From an uncultured Gammaproteobacteria bacterium (lineage in GTDB: Bacteria; Patescibacteriota; Patescibacteriia; UBA9934), in the NCBI GenBank assembly GCA_964613815.1, contig CAZTKG010000001.1:136895-200894 (forward strand): a stretch of 64,000 nucleotides of DNA, in the 5' to 3' direction. The notes under the pieces are model-generated. The model was not told where the DNA came from. It did not search any database and saw only the letters and a program-made list of their open reading frames with translations. Below, one piece after another: positions 1 to 9,748 of the stretch (its first letter is position 1; every line of letters starts with the position of its first letter). A program made the translations under genes and the position numbers.

Positions 1-1390
1 TTCGCACTGGATGTCTGGCGTTCACTATTTCTTCTTGCTCTAGTGAAGTAAACATTAAAGCCTTATAAATATCTATCTTTTTCAACTGAGCCTCCGTCAT
101 TCCGAGCATTTTTTCCGCTGACTTGTTGACCAATACGATTTTTCCCTCGATATCGGTTGCTATGGTTCCTTCGGCGAGAGCTAAGAGAAGTGCATGATCC
201 TTGGCTTTTGCACGCTTTAATTCAGACAGTGTTCTCCGCAAGCTTGCTGTTCGTTTTTTTACTGTTCGTTCAAGTACTTGGTTTGCTGACAACAGCTGGC
301 CTGCCATGTGCTTGAAACTTCTTGCGAGAATTCCTGTCTCATTATTTGAACCGTCTGGGATATCTGATTCAACGAATTCTCCTTTTTCAATCTTTTTTGC
401 TGCGAATGTTAGGTTTATAATTGGCTCGATCACTAAATGTCCCATGGAGTACGCAAGTACACCGAGGAGAAGCAGAATCAATATTATGCTAAAAATTACA
501 TAATACGCTAAGAGAAACACCGGGTTTATGATCTCTGCGAAGTCTTTTTTCAAGATCAAACCCCAAGAAAGCTCATCGATGAGGACGGTTGCCGCAAAGA
601 CTCTCTCACCGCGGTAGTCAATTGAGTGTTGATGGATACCTTCGGAGCCGATGAGTGAAAGCGCGTACGGAGACGATGCGCCTACCTCGTCTACGACGAG
701 TGATGTCTGTGTGTCTTCTGATGGGTCCCTTGGGGGCGTTATTAGCTGAGCTCCGCCGCCGTCGAGAGGTCTCACAAGTTGAAACTCCCCTGTCTGAGAA
801 AGCGCTTCGTAGTTTTTCTGAAGATCTAGGATTGGTGATAGGTCGACTTCTGCAACGATTACTCCTCCACGGACAACGCCGTATAGTGGACTAGAGATAT
901 ATGCTGTAAGACTGTCTTGGTTTGCTGAAAAATTTGTCAGTTTCTTGTTTATCGAGGCGTCTTGGAAAAATTCGAAATTGTCCAAATGAGACCCAATGGA
1001 AAATCCGTTAAACTCCGATAAAAGAAGTCCGTCAGAGTCTAGAATAAACGCATCTGATAAGTATTCTTGTTCTGCTGTGATCGTGTCTAGGGTTGCATTC
1101 AGAATCTGCTGGTTTTGTTCGGATCTTTCTATGTACAGTCCCGTTATTGCGTTGAGAAGCACCGTGTCCTCAGACATAGCTTCAAACGAGGCTTGAAATT
1201 CATCAACGAGCTCCGTTACCCTCCGTTCGTTAATGTCTGCTAAATAGACAAGCTCTTCTACCTCTCGCTCTGTGTTCTTTTGATTAAATGTCAAGAGCAT
1301 TAACCCAAAAATAATGAGCGGAACAATAAAAATGAGAGAAAAGAAAATGAAAAACTGTTTGTGTATCTGTAGATCTGAAAACCGTTTCAT
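1..1390 (-). CDS. Membrane sensor protein (TM, Cache-like periplasmic domain, TM, HAMP, PAS), probable histidine kinase; 3' end runs off the window
   Basis: Manual translation from ATG at 1390 (MKRFSDLQIHKQFFIFFSLIFIVPLIIFG...). Second TM is followed by HAMP (IEPIINLTFAAKKIEKG...ETGILARSFKHM), a coiled coil and a PAS start (EGTIATDIEGKIVLVNKSAEKMLG). No stop before base 1. Absent from the ORF track. Confidence 0.8.
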   Translation of the reverse strand, partial: MKRFSDLQIHKQFFIFFSLIFIVPLIIFGLMLLTFNQKNTEREVEELVYLADINERRVTELVDEFQASFEAMSEDTVLLNAITGLYIERSEQNQQILNATLDTITAEQEYLSDAFILDSDGLLLSEFNGFSIGSHLDNFEFFQDASINKKLTNFSANQDSLTAYISSPLYGVVRGGVIVAEVDLSPILDLQKNYEALSQTGEFQLVRPLDGGGAQLITPPRDPSEDTQTSLVVDEVGASSPYALSLIGSEGIHQHSIDYRGERVFAATVLIDELSWGLILKKDFAEIINPVFLLAYYVIFSIILILLLLGVLAYSMGHLVIEPIINLTFAAKKIEKGEFVESDIPDGSNNETGILARSFKHMAGQLLSANQVLERTVKKRTASLRRTLSELKRAKAKDHALLLALAEGTIATDIEGKIVLVNKSAEKMLGMTEAQLKKIDIYKALMFTSLEQEEIVNARHPVR

Positions 1391-1396
1391 AGATCT

Positions 1397-2311
1397 CTAA
1401 TGAGGCTTTGCGGTCAATACTAAATTGCTACTTGAGCAAACTCCGCCAACCCCTGCGAGCGGTACCTCCATGTTCCAATAGAGTGTTCTTGTTGAATTTG
1501 TTGCATCATCGTCTCTGTATAAGACGTTGATGTCTGTGTCTGCATTTATTCCTGTGAGGTCGGTTGATGCCCCGTCACTATGAGCGACGTCTGTGAGGGC
1601 CCATTCGATGTTTCCTCTCGGCAGCAGCCCTGATCCACATGTCAAGTTCCCATCTGTCATTTTTACTTCCAGGTCCGCTTCATCGTTTCCTGCTTGAGAA
1701 ATAATGCTCTCCACATTATTTCCAACAGTTGTCTTTGCTCCAAGCCCCATTGTTCCAAAACTCACAGATGGCGGGATTGTCAGCGCAAGCAATACCTGCA
1801 CTTCCTTGGTTACCGAGGTGTCTGTATCTGAGAGTTCGCCGTCACTGACCGTGACCTCCACTTGCCAATTATCTGATGGAAAACGCCCAATGCCAACCGT
1901 TGAATCAATCCAATACTCTAAGTCAATGAGACAGTCGTACTCTTTTTGGTCAAGATCTAGATTGTTTCGCAGTGAGCACCCAGTTTTCCGATAGCAATTG
2001 TTTTTGTCTGTTGTGCAGCTTGGACCTCCTGCAACGCTACTTCTGTAAAAAACAGCATCGACGGAGTCAATGTCGTCTCTCCCGTCCGTGTCCTGAACAA
2101 TTCCATTGATGTGAATTGTTTTTGTCCCACCGGCGATCAGATTATTGATAATCCCTCCTGAATAGCTGTCGGACTGAGCGTACGCTGCTGAGCTTATAAA
2201 TACGAATTCAACCGTTGGTGTTGCCCCTGCGCCCTTAACCTGCAAAGTGCCTATAAAGAACATTCCCGCTATTGTCGAAATGACTGCGGCTGAGGTGATA
2301 ATTCGTTTCAT
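1397..2311 (-). CDS. Secreted Cys-containing surface protein, WxL-like; paralog of 2647..3633
   Basis: N-terminal signal peptide. Shares YSG..INNL, G..DI.SV, NN.CY, DST, (I)xWALT and TLYW..xVP motifs with 2647..3633. Confidence 0.7.
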   Translation of the reverse strand: MKRIITSAAVISTIAGMFFIGTLQVKGAGATPTVEFVFISSAAYAQSDSYSGGIINNLIAGGTKTIHINGIVQDTDGRDDIDSVDAVFYRSSVAGGPSCTTDKNNCYRKTGCSLRNNLDLDQKEYDCLIDLEYWIDSTVGIGRFPSDNWQVEVTVSDGELSDTDTSVTKEVQVLLALTIPPSVSFGTMGLGAKTTVGNNVESIISQAGNDEADLEVKMTDGNLTCGSGLLPRGNIEWALTDVAHSDGASTDLTGINADTDINVLYRDDDATNSTRTLYWNMEVPLAGVGGVCSSSNLVLTAKPH

Positions 2312-2350
2312 ATTTAGTTAGATGATACCACAGGATCATTGTCTCAAAAA

Positions 2351-2380
2351 TAAAACAACCGCGATTTCGCGGTTGTTTTA
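2351..2380. terminator. Intrinsic terminator (bidirectional)
   Basis: TAAAACAACCGCG-ATTT-CGCGGTTGTTTTA hairpin downstream of 2389..2628. Confidence 0.75.
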
Positions 2381-2388
2381 TTTAGGGT

Positions 2389-2628
2389 CTATTCTACATC
2401 TACTGAAGCGGTCACATCGCTTGTACCATCTGTTACGTTTACTGATGCTGAAACGTTTCCATTTGATACATCTCCTCCTTCATCAACCGATGAAGGACTT
2501 GGAGCCGCTATTGGATCTACCGACACCGTTCCTTCGCTTGACGTACTCATGTAAGCGATAGAAACGACGAGGAAGCCACATAACAGCGCGAGCACCACCG
2601 CAAGCCCTGAAAGCATTTTGGTGTTCAT
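2389..2628 (-). CDS. Small single-TM Ser/Val/Asp-rich protein
   Basis: N-terminal hydrophobic helix; co-oriented within the surface-protein cluster. Confidence 0.55.
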   Translation of the reverse strand: MNTKMLSGLAVVLALLCGFLVVSIAYMSTSSEGTVSVDPIAAPSPSSVDEGGDVSNGNVSASVNVTDGTSDVTASVDVE

Positions 2629-2646
2629 AGTCTTCAGGTCAATTTA

Positions 2647-3633
2647 TTATGCAGCAATTGCGTCCATGACAAGAGTTGACGTGCAGCTACCCTCTGTTCC
2701 GAGTGGGACAAAGATATCCCAGTAAAGAGTGTCTGTGAGTGCAGCTCCGTCGTCTGTTCGATATCCTATTGCAATATCCGTGTCGACCTCAGTATCTGTT
2801 AGAGCCGTTGCTGAAGCCCATAGGACTCCTTCCGTGAGAGCCCACCGGATGTTAGCCCTTGGAATGGTCCCGCGAACGGTACAGGTCATATCATCAGCTA
2901 ACATTTTGACGCGAATGTCTGCTACATCGTTCCCTTCTTGCTCAATTGACTGCTCAACATCGTTTGCTGCTGTTGTCGTCGTGTTTGGTGCAAGACTCCC
3001 CCATGCGATCGTATCTGCAGGGTCGAGCGCTGCCAGTAGACCCATCTCGTTTGTTAGCGTATTCGTTACGTCACCCTGTCCGTCGTTAGCTGTAACTAGT
3101 GTTGTCCAGGTTTCCCCAGCAGCTACCCCGCCAGTAATAGTTGAGTCAGCATAGAACTGGATAGCGAACTGGCAAGAGTAGTCGAGTTGTTGTGCATTTC
3201 CTGCGCCTAGGTTTTTGTTGCAAGTTGCGTCGTAGTAACAGGTGTTGTTGTCTGTCTCGCTTGCCTCATCACAGTCAGCGTCTGCGATGCTTGACCGTCG
3301 GAATGAGCCAGTGACTGATGCAATGTCTCCCTCACCGTTATCGTCTGTGATTCGACCGTTTACAAAAATATTTCGCGTACTTGCCTGAACTAAGTTATTG
3401 ATCGTCCCCCCTGCTCCACTGTACCCGTGAGTGAAGGTCGTTGAGTTGGCGTCCGTGAGGAAGATCGTGTTAACCACCGGCGCCTGGTTTGTCACCGTTA
3501 CTGAGGCGTCCTCTGCCTGGGAGTTGATCATGACAAGCGCAATGACTACGAAGACGGCGATAAGAAGAAGTGCCGCTCCGAGAATCATGTGCATGCCACC
3601 AGCATTGTTTGAATCTGGCATATTTGTTTGCAA
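2647..3633 (-). CDS. Exported surface protein, WxL-like; paralog of 1397..2311
   Basis: N-terminal TM/signal, Thr/Asn/Asp-rich beta protein, TIAWGSL, IRWALT, TLYWDIFVP. Confidence 0.7.
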   Translation of the reverse strand: MQTNMPDSNNAGGMHMILGAALLLIAVFVVIALVMINSQAEDASVTVTNQAPVVNTIFLTDANSTTFTHGYSGAGGTINNLVQASTRNIFVNGRITDDNGEGDIASVTGSFRRSSIADADCDEASETDNNTCYYDATCNKNLGAGNAQQLDYSCQFAIQFYADSTITGGVAAGETWTTLVTANDGQGDVTNTLTNEMGLLAALDPADTIAWGSLAPNTTTTAANDVEQSIEQEGNDVADIRVKMLADDMTCTVRGTIPRANIRWALTEGVLWASATALTDTEVDTDIAIGYRTDDGAALTDTLYWDIFVPLGTEGSCTSTLVMDAIAA

Positions 3634-3675
3634 TGAATTATATGTATTAGTTAATGAATAGATTATACCGTAGCA

Positions 3676-5022
3676 TCAGCTAGGATCGGCATTGTTTGTG
3701 GATACTTTTTTGCTTTCCCCTGGAGATACTGGGCCTACCGTCTGATCTGACTCCATGGCAACTCGCGTGCCTTGGCTTTTTCTTTTCCGGATGATTGCGG
3801 CAAAGCCAATGATGAACAGAATTGCAATAATGATGAGCCCCCATGATGTAAGCGTGCTCACGTCAATGGCCGTTCCTGAAAAAATCTGTACTGATTCCTC
3901 TTCGTTGATGTTGATTTCGACTGTTTCTGGCGTTGTTTTTTTGTTTCCGTACTGTACGTACGCCGTCAGTTCATAGCCTCCCATTTCATCAAATTCCAAT
4001 ATCTGGTCGAAGTTCACGGAATCTCCAGGCTTTACCGCCAGCTCCTCTCCGCGAAGGAGCTCGATGTACTCACCGTCTCTGTAAACGTCAATGTAGAGTG
4101 TAGCGGTTATTGAGACCTCTCCCGTGTTTTCAAAAATTGTTTCGTACTTAATTTTCTCTCCCTGATTGTAGCTCGTTTTGTTTGTAGTTGCTGCACTTAT
4201 CGTCCCTGCCTGCGCATGCGTCCCCTCTTTATAAACGTTAAAAGGCTGGGAGGCCATGCTTGAAATAATGTCGTCTCCGTCATAGAAATGCACCATCGCA
4301 TTGTAAGAGCCGATAATCAGATTTGATGGCTGAATGATTGTAAACTCTGTTGACTCTCCCGGTGGAGCGATTTCAATGTCAGCGGAATCGACGGCGATTA
4401 ACGCCGTGTTCGTTGCATCTTCTTGGTCATTTGCCTCAATGTCTATTCTTGTTGGTTTCCATTCTACATTTCCAGTGTTTGCCACCGTATATGTGAGTGA
4501 CATCGGCATTCCCTCCTCCGGCTGGTCTACCTCTGCACTTCGTATTTCGCGCCCAATCACCTCGTCTCCAGTTACCGTGAAGTTTATGATAGCTGTTGCC
4601 CCTGTGATTACATAAATTCTTGCCGAACCTACGTTCGTTCCATCGGGGATGCTAGGCTTTGTTGTAAATGTCACCATGGCCTCATAGTCTCCGGTGGCGG
4701 CATCTTCTGGGTTAATTGTAAATGTGTAGTATTTACTCGACTCGCCGGCAGCAAATGTAAAGTCCCCAGGTAGATCTATATAATGCGCGTACTCGCCACC
4801 TGTCTCAACAAGTACCTCCTCTGGAGTACTTAGGTCCCCTGCCCTTGTCACGGACACGGTTTGATTAATTGTGGAGCCTCTCAGGACAGACTCTGCCGAA
4901 ATTACGGGCGGCGAAATGCCGATTGCTTGTGCGTCGAAGGCTGACAGCCCATAGCTGGTCATCATTAACGACATTGCAATAATTGCGATCGATAGCCTCT
5001 TGACTGTTCCTGTTTTCACCAT
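3676..5022 (-). CDS. Surface protein with signal peptide, Ig-like domains and C-terminal TM anchor (DUF916-like architecture)
   Basis: AQA-IGISPP mature N-terminus; NTGNV and NTGEV Ig-like motifs; C-terminal TM followed by RKRK. Confidence 0.65.
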   Translation of the reverse strand: MVKTGTVKRLSIAIIAMSLMMTSYGLSAFDAQAIGISPPVISAESVLRGSTINQTVSVTRAGDLSTPEEVLVETGGEYAHYIDLPGDFTFAAGESSKYYTFTINPEDAATGDYEAMVTFTTKPSIPDGTNVGSARIYVITGATAIINFTVTGDEVIGREIRSAEVDQPEEGMPMSLTYTVANTGNVEWKPTRIDIEANDQEDATNTALIAVDSADIEIAPPGESTEFTIIQPSNLIIGSYNAMVHFYDGDDIISSMASQPFNVYKEGTHAQAGTISAATTNKTSYNQGEKIKYETIFENTGEVSITATLYIDVYRDGEYIELLRGEELAVKPGDSVNFDQILEFDEMGGYELTAYVQYGNKKTTPETVEININEEESVQIFSGTAIDVSTLTSWGLIIIAILFIIGFAAIIRKRKSQGTRVAMESDQTVGPVSPGESKKVSTNNADPS

Positions 5023-5032
5023 ATTTTTTTGA

Positions 5033-5371
5033 TTACAAAGCTAAGAATGCTGCCAGAACGAGCAGCATCACGATTAGTGCAGCCAAGCCAAATAAAAACT
5101 TGACGTTGTCTGCTTTTTTTGAGAACTCAGCATAAGATGCTGTGTATGACCCTCCATCTGATCTCGCATTTAGTTTTTCAAAACTTTTTGCTCTGTCATT
5201 GAGTAGGATCGTTGATACCATCTTTGGATCGGTGATCAAGAAGCCGTGTACCAATGTTGACACAAGGAACCCGAGCGCAAAGCCCCAAAAAAGCTCGTAT
5301 TGGGTCACCTGTCCGGCCATACTAAAGCCGTGTCCAAGAACCGCCTTCACACCATATATCAGGTTTTGCAT
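5033..5371 (-). CDS. Small two-TM membrane protein
   Basis: Two hydrophobic segments; AAGGAG upstream of ATG. Confidence 0.65.
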   Translation of the reverse strand: MQNLIYGVKAVLGHGFSMAGQVTQYELFWGFALGFLVSTLVHGFLITDPKMVSTILLNDRAKSFEKLNARSDGGSYTASYAEFSKKADNVKFLFGLAALIVMLLVLAAFLAL

Positions 5372-5403
5372 AGTCTCCTTTTTCGTATGTTATTATACCA
5401 TAC

Positions 5404-5919
5404 ATGTCTACGCGATATCTTCTCAGAACCCTCCGCCTTACAACGATAATCGTTGTTGGAATCTTTCTCATCCGTTCATTTGTTGCTGAGCCCGGTCGGG
5501 TCAATGGACGCTCGATGGAACCAACATTTTACGACCATGAATCGTTTGCTATCAATAAATTTCTCCTCCTGTTCCGTCAACCAAAAAGAGGAGAGATCGT
5601 TCAATTAACCTCTCCTCGCCTTGGCGATCTCGTCATCAAACGCATTATAGGGCTCCCTGGCGAGACTGTGCATATTCAGCAAAATAGTGTCTTCATCACA
5701 GCGGTAGACGGCAGCTATTACAAACTTGATGAATCATATCTCCCTGACAATAGCGTCACCCGTCACGATGATGGCAATGTGTCTATTGGTCCACTTAGTC
5801 CATTTACTTACTACCTTCTTGGTGACAATAGGTACGAAAGTGGAGACTCAAGAGAATACGGCCCAGTACACAGATCTGCTATTTACGGCACCGTGATCAA
5901 ACTCCCTTCGCTCAACTGA
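5404..5919 (+). CDS. lepB: Signal peptidase I
   Basis: GRSMEPT (catalytic Ser), VIKRIIGLPGE (catalytic Lys), GDNR..S.DSR.YGPV. Confidence 0.93.
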   Translation: MSTRYLLRTLRLTTIIVVGIFLIRSFVAEPGRVNGRSMEPTFYDHESFAINKFLLLFRQPKRGEIVQLTSPRLGDLVIKRIIGLPGETVHIQQNSVFITAVDGSYYKLDESYLPDNSVTRHDDGNVSIGPLSPFTYYLLGDNRYESGDSREYGPVHRSAIYGTVIKLPSLN

Positions 5920-7703
5920 TGCAGGCGCATCCCTTGCTCCATGTTTTCCATAAATAGTTCAAAGGTTCCGTCTTCAGCGTTCACAAAATAAATGTTCCTG
6001 TCCTTGTCTTTCATGATGTATCTAGAATCTGTCATCTGATAAAATTCTGATCCGCTTGGTGCTCGAAAGACATTTCCATTTCTAAAAAATGCGAGTGAGC
6101 CAAACCACGTTGTCTTTATTGGCTCTTTTGAAAAAATGTCCTGTGATTGCGTTGTGTTTACGGGTACGAATTCTTTCTCCAGCTCCACTATACCGCCCTC
6201 CCATGGGTCTATAGTTTGCTTGTGACCCTGTTCATTTTTTAGCACAAGCATTCGTGTTTCATCCATTGCCCAACCAAACTGCACGACCTCTCCCTCGATC
6301 AAATCTGTTGCAATGATGCAGTCAGGACCTGCAGATATCGCGATCTCAGATAAACAGATGTACGAGGACCCGTCTTCAATGTCGATTCCACTAATTGCCA
6401 TGTAGTAGCCCCCGGGACTTTCTGAAATGGAAGCTATCGGTCCTGGGACCTGGCTTGTCGCAAATGCCTTTATTCCTTTCTCAACAAACACGTAAAATGC
6501 ACTTAGTGATTCGTTCTCTGCATTTCTTTCTGTTCCCAAGGGGAACGCGAAAGCATGATTGTCCTGGTTTCCAAGCACCATCCAGTCGCCCTCGAGATAA
6601 CTTGACGTCTTTGCCTGCAACTCATGCAGTGTCACTCTAGATGTATCAGGTTGAACCGTCGCAATCATCGTTATCCCTCCTCTCGACGACCCCTTTACGA
6701 GACTCTCGTGGTTATAAACCCATAAAATCATCAGTGATAACAACAGCGCGAGCGCGAGAAGGCCCAAAACCGCTGCGATCATTTTCTTTTGTTTGACAGG
6801 GAGATTGGCCAGAGGCCTACTGTCAACCTTGTCGTTTTTCACTAAAATGAAACCGCAAATAAACGATGCTATCCCGATTATTGAAAGGATCGTTTGCATC
6901 ATTGAAAGCGGGTTTGTAAATGGGACCCTGATCTCCCCCTCCAAGGTCTGATCCCCAACCTTCGCTACAACGTCATACCTTCCGCTTTTTGCCTGCTCAC
7001 TCAACGTGTACTGCCAAGTAATGTCTTCTGACCCGCCTGGCTGCATTGCTCCCGTTGCTGATGACTGTGTTGCTAGTGTCGTCCCTCTTCTTGAGACGGC
7101 GATTTCGTAGGGCGCCGAAACAAGAGGGATATCCGCTCTGTTCACAACTGTCCACGTGACCTGCACCGACTCCCCCGGCTTGAATGATTGCCCGATCGGA
7201 TAGCTCAGTTCTGATATTTCTAGAAATTCAATCTCTTTGTCTGTCACCTTTGTTGCGATTTCTTGTGCTGATTCTCGCACCTCGATGTGAATCCTAGCAG
7301 ATAGGGCGATTTTTATATTCACTGCCCCTCGCTCAGCAGCTTCTTCAGCCGTAAACGTAAGGATTGCCTCATATGTCCCTGGCTCTGCACCGTCGGCATT
7401 CGCAATAAATTGATAATCGAACTCATCCTGTCCTTTTTGAACATTTATTCTTGTGCCCCCAATGAGCTCGAGCATCCCTGACGCGTCCCCGCCTTTCGTT
7501 ACTTGGAAAAACTCGTCTTCTTTTGGATTTGCTCTCGTTAATTTAATGAAATCCTGCGCTTCTTCCCCTACTACAACGACAACTGTTTTTTCGCTTGGTG
7601 ACATTCCTACAACTGCATGCGCAACTCCCACGTGAAGAACTCCAACAGCTATAAGCAGCCCTAACACAACACTCGTAACTCGACTCATAGACCTCTTAAT
7701 CAA
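5883..7703 (-). CDS. Membrane-anchored surface protein (signal, Ig-like domains, 2 TM, beta-rich C-terminal domain)
   Basis: AHA-VVGMSP N-terminus like 3676..5022; two internal TM helices. Confidence 0.65.
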   Translation of the reverse strand: MIKRSMSRVTSVVLGLLIAVGVLHVGVAHAVVGMSPSEKTVVVVVGEEAQDFIKLTRANPKEDEFFQVTKGGDASGMLELIGGTRINVQKGQDEFDYQFIANADGAEPGTYEAILTFTAEEAAERGAVNIKIALSARIHIEVRESAQEIATKVTDKEIEFLEISELSYPIGQSFKPGESVQVTWTVVNRADIPLVSAPYEIAVSRRGTTLATQSSATGAMQPGGSEDITWQYTLSEQAKSGRYDVVAKVGDQTLEGEIRVPFTNPLSMMQTILSIIGIASFICGFILVKNDKVDSRPLANLPVKQKKMIAAVLGLLALALLLSLMILWVYNHESLVKGSSRGGITMIATVQPDTSRVTLHELQAKTSSYLEGDWMVLGNQDNHAFAFPLGTERNAENESLSAFYVFVEKGIKAFATSQVPGPIASISESPGGYYMAISGIDIEDGSSYICLSEIAISAGPDCIIATDLIEGEVVQFGWAMDETRMLVLKNEQGHKQTIDPWEGGIVELEKEFVPVNTTQSQDIFSKEPIKTTWFGSLAFFRNGNVFRAPSGSEFYQMTDSRYIMKDKDRNIYFVNAEDGTFELFMENMEQGMRLHQLSEGSLITVP

Positions 7704-9402
7704 ACAAGAAATTTAATACCCCCTTTACCCCCTCTGTTATTGTTTTTGTTACCGTTGATGCGGTTGATGCAACCGCTCTAGTCACTGCCCTTGCAGCACC
7801 TGACACCGCCCTTGTCGCAGGCTGAAAAACTGTCTCTGCCATTGGTTTTACCATATTTTTCACCGGAGCAAAAACAACGCTCGCTGCCTCGGATATTGCC
7901 GTTGTGACTGCGCCAGCATCCTTGTTTTTAAATTTGACAAGCGCCTCAGATGATCTTGTATTTCCTGCCTTGTCTATTGCTGTAACGATGAATACATATG
8001 AACCAGGCTGCATTGTTGGAAGGTACATCTTTCCGGTTTGCATTTCCGATGTCATCAACGGAGTACCATCCTGCTCTTCGTGCACAAGAAAGTACTCTAC
8101 CCCTGACATCTCGTCCGTTGTGCCATAAACGAGATATCTCGTCTCTCCGTCTTTTTCAACCTCTACGTCAAATGATTCTGGCGGTTCTGTGTCGACTGCG
8201 ATTCTGAACGAATGCATGGGGGACATATTTCCCTCCCGCTCCCTCATGATATGGAAGTGAGATTCTCCGTCCTCCACTCTTCCATTCCAAACAGGCCTAC
8301 TTGTTTGCCTTGTTAGTACGCCGTCGAGAACACTTGACGCTCTACTCAGCGCATACCAGTACACATCCCCGTCCTTGTGGCCCTGCATCCACTCAATGGA
8401 TACCCTATCTTCTCCGTACCAGTTGTGTTCTGACGGATGTGTTGCTGATGCAATATTCACTTCAGGGACCTGCACTGCCTCTTTTGCAATCTCCTCAACG
8501 ATCCCTGCCTCAGTCGTGTCTTCTGCGATATGACCCCCCTCATCTTCCGGACTCTCCTTTGTTGAAGATCTTCCGCTGGCAGGGCCCGCGTTTGGAACGC
8601 CAATGCCTGAATTTTGTTCAGATGCTGCAGGCTCACTCGTGTCCTCTGTGGTACTGCTCTCCGCCTCTGTCTGCTCACCATTACCCTCTTCGCTCTCGGA
8701 TTCGGTCTCGCTACCTGTCTCTTCTGCGTCTTCCTCGGCAACGACTTCTTCCGATTCAACGTCTTCCCCTTCCGTTTCGTCACCATCCTCAACCCCTTCC
8801 TCTTCATCAACTAGCTCATCTTCAGCTGTGTCACTATCCTCTTCTGCGGCTACGGTTCTTAGCCCACCGGATGCGCTCCCGCTGCCATCATCAGACACCC
8901 TTCCTCCAGAAACCGTGTATGTAATCAGTACAGCTACTCCCACCTCAACCCCAAGTCCCACGGCATAATTGGAACTTGTTGGCGCCGACATCCGCACGGC
9001 AACAAGTTCGCTATATGTTCCATCTACTGCCGTTTCCGGGCTGACCTTTACTGTTAATCTTATTTGAGATTCTCCATCTGGAATTGTTATCGATGCCGGT
9101 CCACCTATGAACCCGTCTGTTTCGTAACTTACTGCATACGTCTCTGCCGAACCCGCAGAAGACCTGACAATATTAAAAGAGGTATACGAGGTATCTTGTC
9201 TTTCGAGAACTCTCTCTACGACGATTACTGGTGGAGACGCGCCAATCGCATGCGCCTCTGAAAAAAACGCAAAATTTCCCACGCTGGCCATCCCGGCAAT
9301 GAGAAGTATTGATAGACACCTTTTTATGATCCCCTTCCTCGCTGTCACATTTGCTGATTTACGCACCAATGTACCCCCGAATCTTCTCAATAATCTCCGC
9401 AA
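7696..9402 (-). CDS. Secreted surface protein with acidic low-complexity linker and Ig-like domains (true start possibly GTG 9348)
   Basis: AHA-IGASPP, E/D-rich linker, VDTEPP and DKAGN Ig-like motifs, amphipathic C-terminal helix. Confidence 0.65.
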   Translation of the reverse strand: MRRLLRRFGGTLVRKSANVTARKGIIKRCLSILLIAGMASVGNFAFFSEAHAIGASPPVIVVERVLERQDTSYTSFNIVRSSAGSAETYAVSYETDGFIGGPASITIPDGESQIRLTVKVSPETAVDGTYSELVAVRMSAPTSSNYAVGLGVEVGVAVLITYTVSGGRVSDDGSGSASGGLRTVAAEEDSDTAEDELVDEEEGVEDGDETEGEDVESEEVVAEEDAEETGSETESESEEGNGEQTEAESSTTEDTSEPAASEQNSGIGVPNAGPASGRSSTKESPEDEGGHIAEDTTEAGIVEEIAKEAVQVPEVNIASATHPSEHNWYGEDRVSIEWMQGHKDGDVYWYALSRASSVLDGVLTRQTSRPVWNGRVEDGESHFHIMREREGNMSPMHSFRIAVDTEPPESFDVEVEKDGETRYLVYGTTDEMSGVEYFLVHEEQDGTPLMTSEMQTGKMYLPTMQPGSYVFIVTAIDKAGNTRSSEALVKFKNKDAGAVTTAISEAASVVFAPVKNMVKPMAETVFQPATRAVSGAARAVTRAVASTASTVTKTITEGVKGVLNFLFD

Positions 9403-9736
9403 GCGGCGTGTCCGCCTTCACCACATAATCCTTAGCCCCAAGGTCCATACCGGTCTTGATGTCTGACTCCTGTCCAAGATTTGAGAGGATGATGACCGGC
9501 ACCGCTTTCAACGCGTCCGACTTCTGCATCTCCGTAAGAACGCCAAACCCGTCCATCTTTGGCATGATGATGTCGAGAAGTACCAAAGCCGGCACCTCGC
9601 GCTTCATTGACTCTACTGCCTCCAAGCCGTTTTCGGCGATTTCGATGTTGAACCCTTCTTTTGCGAGCTTTTTCTGGTAGACGCCTGCGATTGCTGCGTC
9701 GTCTTCTACGATGAGGATCTTGTTCTCGGTGGCCAT
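9359..9736 (-). CDS. Single-domain response regulator (receiver)
   Basis: ILIVEDD, LLDIIMPKMDG, IILSN, YVVK. Confidence 0.93.
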   Translation of the reverse strand: MATENKILIVEDDAAIAGVYQKKLAKEGFNIEIAENGLEAVESMKREVPALVLLDIIMPKMDGFGVLTEMQKSDALKAVPVIILSNLGQESDIKTGMDLGAKDYVVKADTPLAEIIEKIRGYIGA

Positions 9737-9748
9737 AGCGATGATAAA

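Noticed and set aside
8560-8860. Tandem DNA repeat in the acidic region of 7696..9402
   Set aside because: Low-complexity Glu/Asp/Ser codon bias without a discrete repeat unit.
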